A stretch of DNA of 50,097 nucleotides, from the NCBI GenBank assembly GCA_001938485.1, contig MQRK01193996.1, forward strand, positions 1 to 50,097. The letters run 5' to 3'. The translations under genes and the position numbers were made by a program. A model generated the notes under the pieces. That model saw only the letters and a program-made list of their open reading frames with translations. It was not told the DNA's origin and did not search any database. Numbering within the stretch: the first letter of the stretch is position 1; every line of letters begins with the position of its first letter. Below, piece after piece: positions 48,457-50,097 of this stretch. Source of the stretch: Girardia tigrina. Taxonomy: Eukaryota.

Positions 48457-49817
48457 GGGTTTTTCAATCTACTTGGAAGGCTTTGCAACAAACTTGGAAA
48501 TCTTTGCAATCAATTTGGAAGTCTTTTGATCAATATGGAAATTCTGGCAACCAATGTAAAAAGTTTTGTAATCAAATTGAGAATTTCTCAACCAAGATGG
48601 AAATTATTTCAATCAAACTGGCATTTCAGGCAATCAATTTTGAAATCATCATTTATTATTATATTAAAAACCCTCATGACTAATTCAAACATAAACGCAA
48701 GGAGTAATGAAACGGAGGAACTGGACGACTTTAAGCAAAGTTTATTTGAGGAAAGGATGAATCCGGAAAGTGCAAGTAGCAGCACTAGGAGTACTGACCA
48801 AACACGAAGATCTAAACTAAGGAAACCCACGGTTTCCAATGATGACAGACGCAGGATTGTGGCGAAAACATACGAAGGTCATGGTGTATCTGAGATAGCT
48901 TCTATGTATCAAAGACGCTACAAAAATGTCTATAATATAGTACGATGATATAATAGTACAGGTCTGATTGAATCTAGTAGTAGAGAAGGTAATGGGAGAT
49001 CTAAACTAAGTGCGCAGATTGAAACTAGTTTAATAGCCAAAGTGGATGGCGAATGTACGTTAACATTAGCCAAGTTGATTTCCTGGGTTAGGGAACAACC
49101 AAGTCAAAGTGTCTCCATCAACTATTGACAGAGCTCTTCGTCAGTTCCACCACACCTTAAAAATGACCACTTTAGTTCCCGAAGCAAGAAATTATAAAAG
49201 AACTATTGAATTAAAGGCTGCTTATGTATCCGATTTTAGAGCTCTTGAAATCGATAATGATGATAAAAACTTCATTTTTTTAGATGAAGTCGGAATCGCC
49301 GTTGTAACTAAGCCAAAGGCAGGGAGGAGAAAAATTGAAGAATCTGCTATAATGTTTGTCTCTGTTGCAATAAGTCGCCACATTTCAATTGTAGCGGTCA
49401 TGAATAAATATGGTATGTTATATCACAAAATTCATGAACGGATAGTAAATGGTGAAGATTTTAAAGAATCATTGCAGGAAATTAAGACTTCGTGCACTCT
49501 TTCTGGTATTATTAATCCCATTTTTATCATGGATAATGCTCGAATCCACCATTATCGAGGATTGGTAGAAGATGAAGATTTCTTAATATGAAATAAAATA
49601 TCTACTTCCATACTCTCCGTTTCTAAATGTAATTTAAAACGTATTTTCGGTTTGGAAGAACAAAGTAATAAGAAGTGGCACAATTTCTGAAATTGAATTA
49701 AGAAGGCTTATAAGTGAGAAGTTTGGAGAAATAACGCAAGAACATTGCAGAAGTTTTTATCGGAAGATGTTGGGATATGTGCAAAGAGTTGAGTTGTTGC
49801 AAAAGAAAATTGAATAA
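48457..49817 (+). mobile_element. Defective Tc1/IS630-like DDE transposon with 21-bp tandem subterminal repeats
   Basis: Transposase from 48676 (HTH ...SNDDRRRIV..., FIFLDEVG, FIMDNARIHH, [frameshift] YLLPYSPFLNVI*NVFSVWK), D-to-E spacing about 34. About nine degenerate 21-bp units lie at 48462-48646. No right TIR is visible. Confidence 0.88.
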
Positions 49818-50032
49818 ATGTTTGTTTGTGTGTATTATTTTTCTTTTTTAACTTTTAAACTTTTTAATTTAAAGATTTTTTAAGAGAAATTATTAGAAAA
49901 TAATGTTTTTAGATGTGCATTTGATCAATGAAAGGCGGTTAAGAATTTTTATTCTCGAAATATTTTTTATAGATTATAATTTGCAACGTATCATATACAA
50001 TTCAAAAGTAGGGGGAAAATGTATGTTCTCCA

Positions 50033-50063
50033 CCACCCCCCCCGGGGGGGGGGTCGTAACTAG
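50033..50063 (+). mobile_element. Possible Helitron-type 3' terminus
   Basis: C-run/G-run hairpin followed 6 nt later by CTAG then T. Confidence 0.3.
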
Positions 50064-50097
50064 TTACCGCGGTTACCATGGCAACGGTCGCGATCAC

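Noticed and set aside
48483-48683. Heptad-repeat peptide ORF
   Set aside because: A by-product of the 21-bp DNA repeats at the transposon end.

Overview
Very AT-rich animal genomic DNA. A triclad planarian is an inference from composition and transposon content, not something the sequence proves. The window is mostly nested, decayed transposable elements and contains N-filled assembly gaps. The one credible host coding segment is a 220-bp minus-strand exon (37335-37554) of a TRPC-family cation channel (C-terminal coiled-coil region). It has canonical splice sites on both sides, so much of the window is probably intron of this gene. DNA transposons: about seven DD34D mariner copies from several lineages (one has a single visible nonsense codon), a DD37D/maT element, a Tc1/IS630-like element with 21-bp subterminal repeats, a Charlie/SPIN-like hAT relic and several MITEs. 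Retroelements: RTE LINE pieces, Gypsy gag/pol/LTR pieces, the two-zinc-finger N-terminus of a probable RLE-type non-LTR element, and many Penelope-like element (PLE) fragments. The most notable signals are: minimal type-I hammerhead ribozymes on the PLE ends (one complete at 31461-31502, minus strand); PLE 3' ends that repeatedly abut (TA)n microsatellites; fold-back hairpins at PLE inversion junctions; and a disabled Golgi alpha-mannosidase II (GH38) fragment antisense to the TRPC gene. No rRNA, tRNA or CRISPR array is supported.
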